From Minisyncoccia bacterium (GTDB taxonomy: Bacteria > Patescibacteriota > Minisyncoccia > Phycocordibacterales > UBA9973): DNA of 64,000 bases. The notes beneath the pieces were generated by a model. It was not told the DNA's origin. It did not search any database and saw nothing but the letters and a program-made list of their open reading frames with translations. The stretch covers positions 114,820 to 178,819 of the forward strand of contig JBAQNN010000003.1 of assembly GCA_049303835.1 (NCBI GenBank). Reading direction: 5' to 3'. Below, piece by piece: positions 55,061 through 64,000 of this stretch; the stretch's first letter is position 1, and each line of letters starts with the position of its first letter. Made by a program: the position numbers and the translations under genes.

Positions 55061-55648
55061 ATGGATAAAAATGAAAAACTCCAAAATTTACACAAAAAAT
55101 GGGTGGAGGAGTGTGAGTGTGAACTTAAAAAAACAGCCACTCAAGCAGTAAAGGGTGTCGGTAGCGCGAACGCAGAGATAATATTTATAGGTGAAGCCCC
55201 TGGAAAATCAGAAGATAAAAAAGGCGAACCTTTTGTGGGCGCGGCGGGAAAATTCTTAAACGAAATGCTCTCGTTGATAAATTTAAAAAGAGAAGACATC
55301 TACATCACTAATATTGTAAAGTACCGCCCACCTGACAACCGCGATCCCCTGCCGGAAGAAAAAGCAGAGTGCAGAGAGTGGCTCTTAGATGAGCTAAAAA
55401 TAATTTCGCCCAAACTCATAATTTTCTTGGGGCGACACGCAATGAATAATTTTTTCCCAGATTTGCAAATATCCCAAGCGCACGGGAAAATGCTTGTCAA
55501 AAAATTTAACGGCATGTCTACGAAATACTTCTTCCCTCTTTATCACCCGGCGGCGGCCCTATACGACGGCTCTATGCGTGGTATTTTAATAGAGGATTTC
55601 AAAAAAATTCCAAAAGTTCTGAAGGAAATTGAGAAACGTGAAGCTTAG
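55061..55648 (+). CDS. uracil-DNA glycosylase, family 4
   Basis: [27 protein letters not shown] motif A and HP..LY...(HPAA) motif B; start at the internal Met (MDKNEKL). Confidence 0.85.
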   Translation: MDKNEKLQNLHKKWVEECECELKKTATQAVKGVGSANAEIIFIGEAPGKSEDKKGEPFVGAAGKFLNEMLSLINLKREDIYITNIVKYRPPDNRDPLPEEKAECREWLLDELKIISPKLIIFLGRHAMNNFFPDLQISQAHGKMLVKKFNGMSTKYFFPLYHPAAALYDGSMRGILIEDFKKIPKVLKEIEKREA

Positions 55649-55663
55649 TGTATAATCAAAAAT

Positions 55664-56422
55664 ATGGATGCAAAAAATATAAAAATAATTATTTTGGCGG
55701 CCGGGAAAGGTAAAAGAATGAAGTCAGAAGAACCAAAGGCTCTTACCAAATTGCAAGGCAAACCATTTTTAAAGCATATTTTGGAGACTTTAAATAGGTT
55801 TAATCCTGAAATAAAACCAATTATAGTGGTCGGCTATAAAAAAGAACGAATTTTAGAAGTCTTTGGTGATGGATACACATACGCTATCCAAGAAGAACAA
55901 CTCGGCACCGGTCACGCAGTCAAGTCCGCCCGAAGTGCTATTGACTCCCCTCACGAGACTGTCTTGGTACTCTCTACGGACCAGCCCCTAATATCAAAAG
56001 AAACCCTCGCACGAATTTTTTCTGTGCATACCGAAAAGAAACCTACCATCACCCTGGGGACGGTGGTGGTCCCAGATTATGAGGACTGGAGAGTGGGTCT
56101 TTATTCAAATTTCGGCAGAGTCGTACGTACAGAGAATGGACAAGTAGAAAAATTGGTTGAATTTAAAAATGCCAACGATGAAGAAAAGAAAATCAAAGAG
56201 GTAAACCCGGCAATTTATTTGTTTAACGCAAAGTGGCTCTGGGAGAATATAGAAAAAATACAACTAAACGAAGCGCGAGGAGAATATTTATTTACCGATA
56301 TAATAAAAATAGCTTTTGATCAGAATAAAAAAATTGAGGCCGTACCCGTGGCAAATATTATTGAGGGCCTCCAGCCAAATTCCCAAGAAGAACTTGAAAT
56401 ATTAGAGAAATTAATAGTATAG
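55664..56422 (+). CDS. sugar-phosphate nucleotidyltransferase (GlmU N-terminal pyrophosphorylase-like domain only)
   Basis: IILAAGKGKRMKS..PKAL..L.GKP signature; no left-handed beta-helix acetyltransferase part; 252 aa. Confidence 0.7.
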   Translation: MDAKNIKIIILAAGKGKRMKSEEPKALTKLQGKPFLKHILETLNRFNPEIKPIIVVGYKKERILEVFGDGYTYAIQEEQLGTGHAVKSARSAIDSPHETVLVLSTDQPLISKETLARIFSVHTEKKPTITLGTVVVPDYEDWRVGLYSNFGRVVRTENGQVEKLVEFKNANDEEKKIKEVNPAIYLFNAKWLWENIEKIQLNEARGEYLFTDIIKIAFDQNKKIEAVPVANIIEGLQPNSQEELEILEKLIV

Positions 56423-56445
56423 TGTCTTATGTTGAGTGCAGTTCA

Positions 56446-56496
56446 CGCGGTTAGCTGTTTTGATAAATAACGATAAATGCGCGGTTAGCTGTTTTG
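56446..56496 (+). repeat. two direct copies of gcgcggttagctgttttg (the 5' 12 nt of tRNA-Val plus a variant continuation), 33 and 38 nt apart, immediately upstream of tRNA-Val
   Basis: Copies at 56446-56462 (first base differs) and 56479-56496; the tRNA itself starts gcgcggttagctcagttgg at 56517. Confidence 0.7.
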
Positions 56497-56516
56497 GTGG
56501 GTCATTGACCTTATTT

Positions 56517-56590
56517 GCGCGGTTAGCTCAGTTGGTAGAGCGACCCCTTGACGTGGGGTAGGCCACAGGTTCGAATCCTGTATCGCGCAC
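56517..56590 (+). tRNA. tRNA-Val (anticodon GAC)
   Basis: Hand fold: acceptor gcgcggt/atcgcgc, anticodon stem acccc/ggggt, loop ttGACgt, T-loop ttcgaat. Confidence 0.8.
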
Positions 56591-56596
56591 TTTATT

Positions 56597-57688
56597 ATGA
56601 AAATTTTAAGCATAGAGACATCTTGTGACGACACAGGGATAAGTATATTAGATATTAAAGGAGGCATAAAAGATGCTTCTTTTAAAGTATTAGCAAACAA
56701 TGTGTCTTCACAGATTGATGTCCACATACCCTACGGAGGCGTTTATCCAGCTTTAGCAAAAAGAGAACACACCAAAAACTTGCCTTTTGTTCTAGAAAAA
56801 ACATTGGAAGAAGCCAAACTCTTAAAAAAAAGCCTAAAGAATAAAGCGCCTGTAGACGCTATCGCCGTTACTTACGGACCAGGCCTGGAGATAACACTCT
56901 GGACAGGGATAACTTTTGCACAAGAATTAGCAAAAAAATGGAACGTCCCCATAATTCCTGTGAATCACATGGAGGGACATATGTTTTCTGTTTTTGGGAA
57001 AGGTAAAGGAAAATTTAAAATTCCAGCCATAAAAACACCCACCCTATCACTGCTGGTCTCAGGTGGACACACAGAGCTCATATTAATCAAAAAATGGATG
57101 CAATACGAAAGAATAGGCGAAACAGTAGATGATGCTGTAGGTGAAGCTTTTGACAAGGTCGCACGCATACTCGGACTTCCCTATCCGGGCGGACCACAGA
57201 TTTCAAAATTAGCAGAAAGTGTACGAGAAAATGGTGAAAAAACTTTTACGGACAAGTTTGTTCTTCCTCGCCCTATGCTTCACAGTAAAAATTTTGATTT
57301 TTCTTATTCTGGATTAAAAACAGCAGTTTTGTATCTAGTTAGAGATCTGGGTGGTCTTGAAAAAATTAATGAAGAGACAAAAATACAGATAGCTCTGGAA
57401 TTTGAAAACGCTGCCATAGAATGTCTGGTTTACAAGACGACAAAAGCAATTGAAAAATATAAAATTAAAACTCTCATAGTAGCTGGTGGAGTCTCTGCAA
57501 ACAATCATCTAAAAAGAGAAATCCAAAAAATAACCACAAATAAGATAAAACTTTTCTTCCCGCCCAGAGAATTGACTGGAGATAATTCTCTAATGATAGG
57601 CATCGCTGGATATTTGAATTACATAAAAAACAAGAAGAAAACTCCAAAAATAAATAGCATAAAAGCAACTGGTAACTTAAGGCTTTAG
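56597..57688 (+). CDS. tsaD: tRNA N6-adenosine threonylcarbamoyltransferase TsaD
   Basis: MKILSIETSCDDTGISILD N-terminus; Kae1/TsaD His/metal motifs (HMEGH). Confidence 0.85.
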   Translation: MKILSIETSCDDTGISILDIKGGIKDASFKVLANNVSSQIDVHIPYGGVYPALAKREHTKNLPFVLEKTLEEAKLLKKSLKNKAPVDAIAVTYGPGLEITLWTGITFAQELAKKWNVPIIPVNHMEGHMFSVFGKGKGKFKIPAIKTPTLSLLVSGGHTELILIKKWMQYERIGETVDDAVGEAFDKVARILGLPYPGGPQISKLAESVRENGEKTFTDKFVLPRPMLHSKNFDFSYSGLKTAVLYLVRDLGGLEKINEETKIQIALEFENAAIECLVYKTTKAIEKYKIKTLIVAGGVSANNHLKREIQKITTNKIKLFFPPRELTGDNSLMIGIAGYLNYIKNKKKTPKINSIKATGNLRL

Positions 57689-57726
57689 TCCTTCTCCAGT
57701 CAGAATAAATGTGATATTATTGGGTT

Positions 57727-59868
57727 ATGCACGAGAAGCTAAAGAAACCTTATGACCCAAAAGCAACTGAAGAAAGAATCTACAAGCTCTGGGAGGAGTC
57801 TGGTTTTTTTAATCCAGATAATCTACCCGAAGAAAGAAAAAAATTTTTCACCATCATGATGCCTCCTCCGAACGTAACCGGTGTACTTCATATGGGCCAC
57901 GCTTTGATGATCACCCTAGAGGATATAATGATCCGGTACAAACGTATGCAAGGGTTTAAAACCCTTTGGCTACCTGGCACAGATCATGCTGCCATAGCTA
58001 CTCAGTCCAGGGTGGAAAAAGAGATTCAAAAAAAAGAAGGTAAGTCTCGTCATGACTTAGGACGAGAAGAAATGTTAAAACGAATAAAAGATTTTGCCAA
58101 AGAGAGTCACGACACCATCGTTTCTCAAATAAAAGTAATGGGAGCATCCTGTGACTGGTCTCGTGAAGCTTTTACTTTGGATGAAAAAAGAAATCTGGCC
58201 GTCAATACAATATTCAAAAAGATGTACGACGATAGATTGATTTATCGTGGAAATAGAATCGTAAATTGGGACCCAAAAGGACAAACCACTATCTCCGATG
58301 ATGAAATTGTATATGAAGAGCGCAGTGCTAAACTTTACACTTTTAAATACAACAAAGACTTCCCTATTTTTATTTCCACCACCAGACCGGAGACAAAAAT
58401 CGGTGACGTGGCAGTAGCAGTACACCCCGACGATAAAAGATATATAAAATTCGTCGGTAAAGAATATAATTTAGAATTTTGCGGAGTACCAATACATATT
58501 AAAATAATTGCGGACAAAGAAGTAGACCCTGCATTTGGTACTGGTGCACTCGGGGTTACTCCCGCTCACTCTATGATTGACTGGGAAATAGCAGACAGAC
58601 ATGATTTGCCAAGACCTCAAGTAATAAACGAATATGCAAAGATATCCGTAGGTGGTGAAGATTTGTTGGGAAAGAAAACTACAGAGGCAAGAGAAATTAT
58701 AGTAGAATGGCTGCGTTCCGAAAATCTTCTAGAAAAAGAAGAAGAGGTAAAACAGAATATTTCTACCGCTGAACGAACCGGTGGAATAATAGAACCATTA
58801 CCTAAGTTACAGTGGTTTATAAATGTGAATAAACCAATAAAAGAACGTGGAAACAAAACTTTAAAGGAACTGATGCGCGAACCCATGGAAAAAGGAGACA
58901 TAAAAATAATTCCAGACTATTTTTCTAAAACTTATTTCCATTGGATAGAAAACCTGAAGGATTGGTGTATTTCTCGCCAAATATGGTACGGGCACAGAGT
59001 TCCCGTCTGGTATGACAATCAAGATCAGATTTATTGTGGAATAAAAGCACCTGAAGGAGAAAATTGGAAACAAGACGAAGACACCCTAGATACTTGGTTC
59101 TCTTCTGGACTTTGGACTTTTTCAACTTTGGGCTGGCCAGAACAGACAAAGGATTTAGAATCCTATCACCCCACGGATGTTCTTGAAACAGGATATGAAA
59201 TTCTTTTCTTCTGGGTAGCGAGAATGATTTTAATGTCAGAATACGCGCTTGGAGTCATACCATTTAAAAACGTATTTCTGCATGGAACAGTTCGCGACGC
59301 CAAAGGAAGAAAGATGTCCAAATCTTTAAACAACGGCATTGACCCACTTGATATAGCTGACAAATTCGGCGCCGACGCCGGACGCATGGCTCTCGTAGTA
59401 GGCACGGCTCCGGGAACAGACAGCAAAATATCCGAAGACAAAATAAAGGGTTATAAAAATTTCTCAAATAAAATTTGGAACATCACCCGATTTATTTTGG
59501 ACAATGTAGACGAAGATAGTTTTGGAGAAAATGTAAAAAATAAATTAACCAAAGAATTCAGTGAGATTGTAGAAGACATCACTTCTGATATGGATAATTA
59601 CCGTTTTCACTTGGCATCGGAAAAAATCTATCAATACATCTGGCACAGATTCGCGGATGAGATCGTGGAAGAATCAAAGGAAATTATCAAATCTGGTGAT
59701 GAAAAAGCAAGAGAGAGGAAAGCGACTCTGGTTACAATTTGGATTGACTGCCTCAAAATCCTCCATCCTTTTATTCCATTCGTCACAGAAGAAATCTGGT
59801 CTATGATACCAAAGACAAGAAACCAGCAGAATAAAAACCTTTTAATGATTGAACAATGGCCATCTTAA
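57727..59868 (+). CDS. valS: valine--tRNA ligase (compact form, 713 aa)
   Basis: HIGH motif PPPNVTGVLHMGHAL; KMSKS motif KMSKSLNN; editing domain present; lacks the long C-terminal coiled coil. Confidence 0.85.
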   Translation: MHEKLKKPYDPKATEERIYKLWEESGFFNPDNLPEERKKFFTIMMPPPNVTGVLHMGHALMITLEDIMIRYKRMQGFKTLWLPGTDHAAIATQSRVEKEIQKKEGKSRHDLGREEMLKRIKDFAKESHDTIVSQIKVMGASCDWSREAFTLDEKRNLAVNTIFKKMYDDRLIYRGNRIVNWDPKGQTTISDDEIVYEERSAKLYTFKYNKDFPIFISTTRPETKIGDVAVAVHPDDKRYIKFVGKEYNLEFCGVPIHIKIIADKEVDPAFGTGALGVTPAHSMIDWEIADRHDLPRPQVINEYAKISVGGEDLLGKKTTEAREIIVEWLRSENLLEKEEEVKQNISTAERTGGIIEPLPKLQWFINVNKPIKERGNKTLKELMREPMEKGDIKIIPDYFSKTYFHWIENLKDWCISRQIWYGHRVPVWYDNQDQIYCGIKAPEGENWKQDEDTLDTWFSSGLWTFSTLGWPEQTKDLESYHPTDVLETGYEILFFWVARMILMSEYALGVIPFKNVFLHGTVRDAKGRKMSKSLNNGIDPLDIADKFGADAGRMALVVGTAPGTDSKISEDKIKGYKNFSNKIWNITRFILDNVDEDSFGENVKNKLTKEFSEIVEDITSDMDNYRFHLASEKIYQYIWHRFADEIVEESKEIIKSGDEKARERKATLVTIWIDCLKILHPFIPFVTEEIWSMIPKTRNQQNKNLLMIEQWPS

Positions 59869-60563
59869 CCACAGATCCAAAACTTTTAGCCATAGCATTC
59901 TTGGGTGGACTCATCCCTTCCCTTTTGTGGTTGTGGTTCTGGCTCAGGGAGGATGATAAACATCCGGAACCCAAAAGCATGCTGACTATTGTTTTTATTA
60001 TGGGAATGCTCTCCGTCATGGTAGTCCTTCCTATTCAAAAATTTATCCAAGCCCATATAGGCTCTTCTCAAATGGAACTCGTCTTGTGGGCAAGCACGGA
60101 AGAAATATTAAAATACCTTGCCGTGTTAGCGGTTCTCTATAAGACAAATACCGCAGACGAACCAGTAGATTGGCCTATATACCTAGTCACCGCAGCTCTT
60201 GGTTTTGCCGCCCTGGAAAACACTTTATTTCTTATAAAGATGTACCCGATAAGTGGCACTACTGTGGCCCTACTCACCGGGCAGCTCAGGTTTATGGGGT
60301 CTACCCTGCTCCACACCATATCAAGTGGCATGATCGGTATCGCCATAGGACTCTCCTTCTTTATGAAAGAATGGAAGAAAGAGTGGTTTCTGATTATGGG
60401 CTTTATCGTCGCCATCACCTTGCATAGCGCTTTTAATTTTTTTATAATAAGTGGTAATGGAAATAATTTTTTGAAGATACTCGCGTTCTTGTGGGTAATA
60501 ACTATTATCATCATGCTACTCTTTGAGAAAGTTAGAAGAATGAGTGAGAAGATTATTAATTAG
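59856..60563 (+). CDS. PrsW-family intramembrane glutamic protease
   Basis: Polytopic membrane protein with EE (WASTEEILKY), FAALEN and HxxxSSG motifs; 13-nt overlap with the valS end. Confidence 0.65.
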   Translation: MAILTTDPKLLAIAFLGGLIPSLLWLWFWLREDDKHPEPKSMLTIVFIMGMLSVMVVLPIQKFIQAHIGSSQMELVLWASTEEILKYLAVLAVLYKTNTADEPVDWPIYLVTAALGFAALENTLFLIKMYPISGTTVALLTGQLRFMGSTLLHTISSGMIGIAIGLSFFMKEWKKEWFLIMGFIVAITLHSAFNFFIISGNGNNFLKILAFLWVITIIIMLLFEKVRRMSEKIIN

Positions 60564-60573
60564 AATAAAAAAC

Positions 60574-61059
60574 ATGGAAAATAAAAAAAGAAGTTTTTTT
60601 GAAAGATTGACAGGAAGCGTAAGTGTAGATGAAGAACAAGGATCAAACGGAGGATATCTGGGTAAGGGGTTCAGGTCTGGCAAAGGAGAAAAGGGCAACG
60701 ACAATAATTGGATGGAAGAAAAAAATGACGAAGCAGAATTGTCCGTAGATGTGTACCAGACTCCAACTGACGTGGTAATCCAAGCGATGGTAGCCGGAGT
60801 GAAGCCGGACGATTTAGAATTGTCCATCGCCAGGGACACTATCACTATTCGCGGAGAAAGAGAAGAAAATAGAAATATTGATGAAGATAATTATTTTGCT
60901 AAAGAGCTTTATTGGGGAAAATTTTCCAGAACCTTCCCCCTCCCCATGGAAGTGGAACCGGAAGAAGTAGATGCCACCGAGAGACATGGTTTGATAACCA
61001 TAAAAATCAAGAAAGTAGACAAGGAAAAGAAAAATACTGTTAAAGTAAAATCTATCTAA
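60574..61059 (+). CDS. Hsp20/alpha-crystallin family small heat-shock protein
   Basis: Alpha-crystallin domain (VDVYQT..DVVIQAMVAGVKPDDLELSIA..TITIRGER ... F.R.F.LP); start at the internal Met. Confidence 0.8.
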   Translation: MENKKRSFFERLTGSVSVDEEQGSNGGYLGKGFRSGKGEKGNDNNWMEEKNDEAELSVDVYQTPTDVVIQAMVAGVKPDDLELSIARDTITIRGEREENRNIDEDNYFAKELYWGKFSRTFPLPMEVEPEEVDATERHGLITIKIKKVDKEKKNTVKVKSI

Positions 61060-61060
61060 T

Positions 61061-61096
61061 AAAAAATTCCCTAGTTTATAACTAGGGAATTTTTTA
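61061..61096. terminator. perfect bidirectional hairpin aaaaaattccctagtt-tata-aactagggaatttttt
   Basis: 16-bp stem with A/T runs on both sides, between hsp20 (+) and tRNA-Phe (-). Confidence 0.8.
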
Positions 61097-61129
61097 TTAT
61101 TCGTGCTTCAACCCACAAAAGCTTTGCTT

Positions 61130-61205
61130 TGGTGCCTGGGGGCAGGATCGCACTGCCGACCCTTCCCTCTTCAGGGGAATGCTCTACTAACTGAGCTACC
61201 CAGGC
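61130..61205 (-). tRNA. tRNA-Phe (anticodon GAA), CCA encoded
   Basis: Reverse complement gcctgggtagctcagttagtagagcattcccctGAAgagggaag...ccaggcacca; anticodon stem ttccc/gggaa, loop ctGAAga. Confidence 0.8.
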
Positions 61206-61292
61206 ATAAATTCTCTCACACAAATTTTCAACAAACACTTTACCCAACCTGATGCATTCTATTAAAACAGTCACCCAGGCAAACTAATTTTT

Positions 61293-61523
61293 TTAAAAAC
61301 TTTCTAATATATCACTCGCCCCACTATACAAATCCTTTACTTGATCAATATATGGCTGAAGTAAATAAAAAGCGCCTACCGCCGAACCGATAATAAACAC
61401 CCAATATATGACCCTCATTACACGAGACCACATCATTGAACGTTTTATATCGTGCAACGTTTTATTATTATCTTCCACCAGGCGATATGTCTCCTCTAAT
61501 AATCTTCTTCCTTCAGGATCCAT
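61293..61523 (-). CDS. hypothetical small membrane protein (76 aa)
   Basis: One TM helix (VIYWVFIIGSAVGAFYLL); ORF only. Confidence 0.4.
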   Translation of the reverse strand: MDPEGRRLLEETYRLVEDNNKTLHDIKRSMMWSRVMRVIYWVFIIGSAVGAFYLLQPYIDQVKDLYSGASDILESF

Positions 61524-61570
61524 AAGTATAATTTAGCATAGTTTTTTAAAAAATAAAAGGGATTTAAAAA

Positions 61571-62236
61571 TTATATACTATAGTCCTCTAGCCCACTTTT
61601 TGGATAACTGATTTCTTTTTGTTTCATTCTTTCTTTGTCTTTATACATCTCCAAGTCAGTGTGGTTTAAGATTTCTTCAACAGCACTGGGAGTTCCTTTC
61701 TCTATCATCGTATATCCCATAGCTGCGGTAATAGCAAACTCTTTTTCATTAAGTTTGATGGTTAGATTATTATTTACGGATTCTTTTATTCTTTTAAATA
61801 TTTTCTCTGGATCCACTTCCTTCTTAAATATTTGTAACAATATCACAAATTCATCTCCACCTTTGTTGTGTCGGAATATAAAATCTACATCCTTTATAAC
61901 CATTCTAAGACGATTGGCAAAAGCGGTCAGAGCCTTGTTGCCCCCAGCATGTCCATATGTATCATTAAAAAACTTTAAACCATTCATATCTAAAGCGATG
62001 ACCATAACTTTTTCTGGTACATCTTTCATATTTTTATTTTCAGTAGAATTCAATTTCTTGACCAAATCTTCTAGTTTTGGCACCAAATGATCTCCACCGG
62101 ATAACCCAGTCATCCGATCAAACCTATCGGCTTCTACTTTTGCTTGAAGTTCGTTGTTTTTACGTTCTAGCTCCGCTTCGCGACTATTATAGACATCAAA
62201 AGCTCCTTCTATTGGCATATACCGATATATTATCAC
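61571..62236 (-). CDS. GGDEF-domain diguanylate cyclase (single domain)
   Basis: GLKFFNDTYGHAGGNKAL and RHNKGGDEFVILL (GGDEF) motifs. Confidence 0.75.
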   Translation of the reverse strand: MIIYRYMPIEGAFDVYNSREAELERKNNELQAKVEADRFDRMTGLSGGDHLVPKLEDLVKKLNSTENKNMKDVPEKVMVIALDMNGLKFFNDTYGHAGGNKALTAFANRLRMVIKDVDFIFRHNKGGDEFVILLQIFKKEVDPEKIFKRIKESVNNNLTIKLNEKEFAITAAMGYTMIEKGTPSAVEEILNHTDLEMYKDKERMKQKEISYPKSGLEDYSI

Positions 62237-62304
62237 GATTTTATATATAAAACAAAACCACTCCAGATTTTCAATACGGAGGTTTTGTGTTAGATTATAT
62301 ATAG

Positions 62305-62376
62305 GTCTTCGTAGTTAAATGGATATAACGACTCCGTCCTAAGGAGTAATTGCAGGTTCGATTCCTGCCGAGGACA
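62305..62376 (+). tRNA. tRNA-Arg (anticodon CCU)
   Basis: Hand fold: acceptor gtcttcg/cgaggac (one G-U), D-stem gtta/taac, anticodon stem actcc/ggagt, loop gtCCTaa, T-loop ttcgatt. Confidence 0.65.
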
Positions 62377-62380
62377 CAAT

Positions 62381-62614
62381 CTAAAGGGCTAATAAACCAA
62401 CGATTCTTGGTTTATCAAAACCCACAGTAATTTCATTATCAATTATAATAACCGGCACACCCATTTGTCCGCTTTTTTCTACCATTTCCTTTCTCTTTTC
62501 AAGATCACTTGCTACGTCATATTCTGTGTAAGCAATATCGTTTGCTTTAAAATAATCTTTGGCCAGGTGGCAGAAATGACAAGTCGGGGTTGAATAAATC
62601 GTTACATTTTTCAT
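62381..62614 (-). CDS. glutaredoxin-like protein (NrdH/YruB-type)
   Basis: IYSTPTCHFCHLAKDYF (CxxC) and GVPVIIID motif; 77 aa. Confidence 0.8.
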   Translation of the reverse strand: MKNVTIYSTPTCHFCHLAKDYFKANDIAYTEYDVASDLEKRKEMVEKSGQMGVPVIIIDNEITVGFDKPRIVGLLAL

Positions 62615-62694
62615 ATATTTTTCTTCTTTTATCTTTTAATATCTTCATTATAGCATACTTGTCAAGCACCAAAAATAAAGTTATATTTTAGTTG

Positions 62695-62738
62695 CGCGGG
62701 ATTAGTTTAGCTTGCCCCGCCTGAAATAGGCGGGGTGA
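62695..62738 (+). repeat. tRNA-like 5' fragment (gcgcgggattagtttagc plus stem-loop ccccgcc-tgaaata-ggcgggg) immediately upstream of tRNA-Gly; overlaps the TATAAT -10 element at 62741-62746
   Basis: Resembles the acceptor and D-arm of the downstream tRNA-Gly (gcggttgtagtttagtgg); the stem-loop could also act as a terminator for upstream transcription. Confidence 0.35.
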
Positions 62739-62755
62739 AGTATAATGAGTCTTAT

Positions 62756-62826
62756 GCGGTTGTAGTTTAGTGGTAGAACTGGTGCTTCCCAAGCATCGGA
62801 CGCGAGTTCGATTCTCGCCAGCCGCA
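62756..62826 (+). tRNA. tRNA-Gly (anticodon CCC)
   Basis: Hand fold: acceptor gcggttg/cagccgc, anticodon stem ggtgc/gcatc, loop ttCCCaa, T-loop ttcgatt. Confidence 0.75.
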
Positions 62827-62830
62827 CATT

Positions 62831-64000
62831 TTATTTTTTCTCACCCAAAGCCATGATTATCTTGATGACCGTATCAGGATTGAGAGACATACTTTCTATC
62901 CCCTCATTTACCAAGAATTGAGCAAAATCCGGATAGTCCGACGGTGCTTGTCCACAAATTCCAATATATTTCCCCTTTTCTTTGCATTTGTGAATAATTT
63001 CCGCCACAAGTTTTTTCACAGCAGGATTATTTTCATTTGATATATGTGTGACTATTCCAGAATCACGATCAAGTCCCAAAGTAAGTTGAGTAAGATCATT
63101 GGACCCTATAGACATACCATCAAAGATTTCTAAAAATTCATCCGCTAATAAAATATTTGAAGGTATCTCACACATTACATAAATCTTCAAGCTTTCATCT
63201 TTTGCTCTATCTAAGCCAAATTCTTTCATCACTTCTATAACCTTCTTACCCTCTTCTGGGGTTCGACAAAATGGAATCATAGGTACCACATTTGATAGAC
63301 CCATATCCTCTCGCACAATTTTCATTGCTTTACATTCCAAACCAAAAGCTGTTTTAAATTTTGGATCATAATACCTGGAAGCTCCGCGCCAACCCAACAT
63401 AGGATTTTCTTCGTGCGGTTCATACATCTCTCCGCCGACTAAGGTACGATATTCATTGGTCTTAAAATCAGAAAATCTGATGATAACTTTATTAGGATAA
63501 AAAGCAGCGCCTATTTTCGCAATTCCGAGAGCCAGTTCGTCCACATAAAACTGAGGTTTGTCTTTATAAAGAGGCGTCATCGCCTCAATCTCTTTAAGTA
63601 ATTTCGTGATAGCTGGAGTCTTTTTTCCAAGTTTTAATTTTTTATAATCAATCAAAGCGTTCGGATGTAAACGAATATGCGAAGCGATAATGAACTCAAG
63701 TCTTCCTAAGCCCACTCCTTCTGCGGGGATATTGTGGTTCTTGAAAGCATCATCGGGAGAACCAATGTTTACCATTATTTTTGTATCTACTTTAGGTATT
63801 TTATCTAAATGATGCTCTTTTACTTCAAATGGAATAATCCCTTCATATACGTTGCCCACCTGGCCTCCTGAGGCGTCCACCGTGACTTCCTGACCGTTTT
63901 TTAGTGCCTTGGTAGCATTATTAGCCCCCACAATACAAGGAATGCCCAATTCGCGAGAAACGATAGCTGCATGCGAAGTACGCCCCCCTTTATCTGTGAC
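62831..64000 (-). CDS. PEP-utilising enzyme (phosphoenolpyruvate synthase / pyruvate phosphate dikinase family), C-terminal part; the gene continues beyond the window end
   Basis: The reverse strand at the window edge encodes ...[21 protein letters not shown] (phospho-His domain), followed by the PEP-binding TIM-barrel domain. Confidence 0.75.
   Translation of the reverse strand, partial: VTDKGGRTSHAAIVSRELGIPCIVGANNATKALKNGQEVTVDASGGQVGNVYEGIIPFEVKEHHLDKIPKVDTKIMVNIGSPDDAFKNHNIPAEGVGLGRLEFIIASHIRLHPNALIDYKKLKLGKKTPAITKLLKEIEAMTPLYKDKPQFYVDELALGIAKIGAAFYPNKVIIRFSDFKTNEYRTLVGGEMYEPHEENPMLGWRGASRYYDPKFKTAFGLECKAMKIVREDMGLSNVVPMIPFCRTPEEGKKVIEVMKEFGLDRAKDESLKIYVMCEIPSNILLADEFLEIFDGMSIGSNDLTQLTLGLDRDSGIVTHISNENNPAVKKLVAEIIHKCKEKGKYIGICGQAPSDYPDFAQFLVNEGIESMSLNPDTVIKIIMALGEKK

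Noticed and set aside
56485-56727. 80-aa minus-strand ORF
   Set aside because: It completely overlaps tRNA-Val and the tsaD 5' end on the opposite strand.
61071-61274. 67-aa minus-strand ORF
   Set aside because: It overlaps tRNA-Phe and the bidirectional terminator.
1-64000. CRISPR arrays and rRNA genes
   Set aside because: No regularly spaced direct repeats with unique spacers were seen, and no rRNA-like conserved stretches were seen. The check was by eye only.

Overview
The window is an AT-rich (about 35-40% GC) bacterial chromosome segment. Host genes almost all lack Shine-Dalgarno (SD) sequences and several are compact versions of normally larger proteins, which fits a small-genome CPR/Patescibacteria-like organism; this was judged by eye and could not be verified.

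0-30 kb is conserved core on both strands: RRM protein, prfA, rpmE, rplY, fba, gatB, obg, the dcw cluster mraZ-rsmH-ftsL-ftsI-murF, lysS, greA, rpsU-ybeY-ftsA-ftsZ, trxB, rmuC. This core is punctuated by seven compact GC-rich (about 55-60% GC) cassettes near 0.5, 13.6, 15.0, 15.7, 22.7-23.4, 25.6 and 29.0 kb. Each cassette carries small ORF(s) of no recognisable family behind a strong AGGAGG-type SD and ends in a GC-rich hairpin terminator; five also have a sigma70-like TTGACA/TTGACT/TTGTCT -35 box. This is the most unusual feature of the window.

30.6-40.6 kb holds tRNA-Ser, a degenerate tRNA-Glu 5' fragment and an intact tRNA-Glu(UUC) whose 3' end is overlapped by a large serine recombinase gene. 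The recombinase opens an integrated element encoding a PrimPol/P-loop replication protein, an ASFV-like minimal PolX (171 aa), hypotheticals, and a 1001-aa PHP-phosphoesterase fused to an SMC/Rad50-like ABC ATPase.

40.7-50.5 kb is an accessory block: MarR plus EmrAB-like efflux, FMN reductase, HxlR, an NmrA-like protein, TetR, an AttH/CrtC-like protein and a patatin.

50.6-54.9 kb carries mobile-like hypotheticals: an ArdC-N-like protein, a SymE-like protein and a DUF4116-HNH fusion.

55-64 kb returns to core: UDG family 4, a GlmU-N-like nucleotidyltransferase, tRNA-Val, tsaD, valS, PrsW, Hsp20, tRNA-Phe, GGDEF, tRNA-Arg, glutaredoxin, tRNA-Gly and a partial PEP-utilising enzyme.

No rRNA or CRISPR array was seen. 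Seven tRNAs were found by hand-folding. All calls are by-eye motif recognition with no database search.
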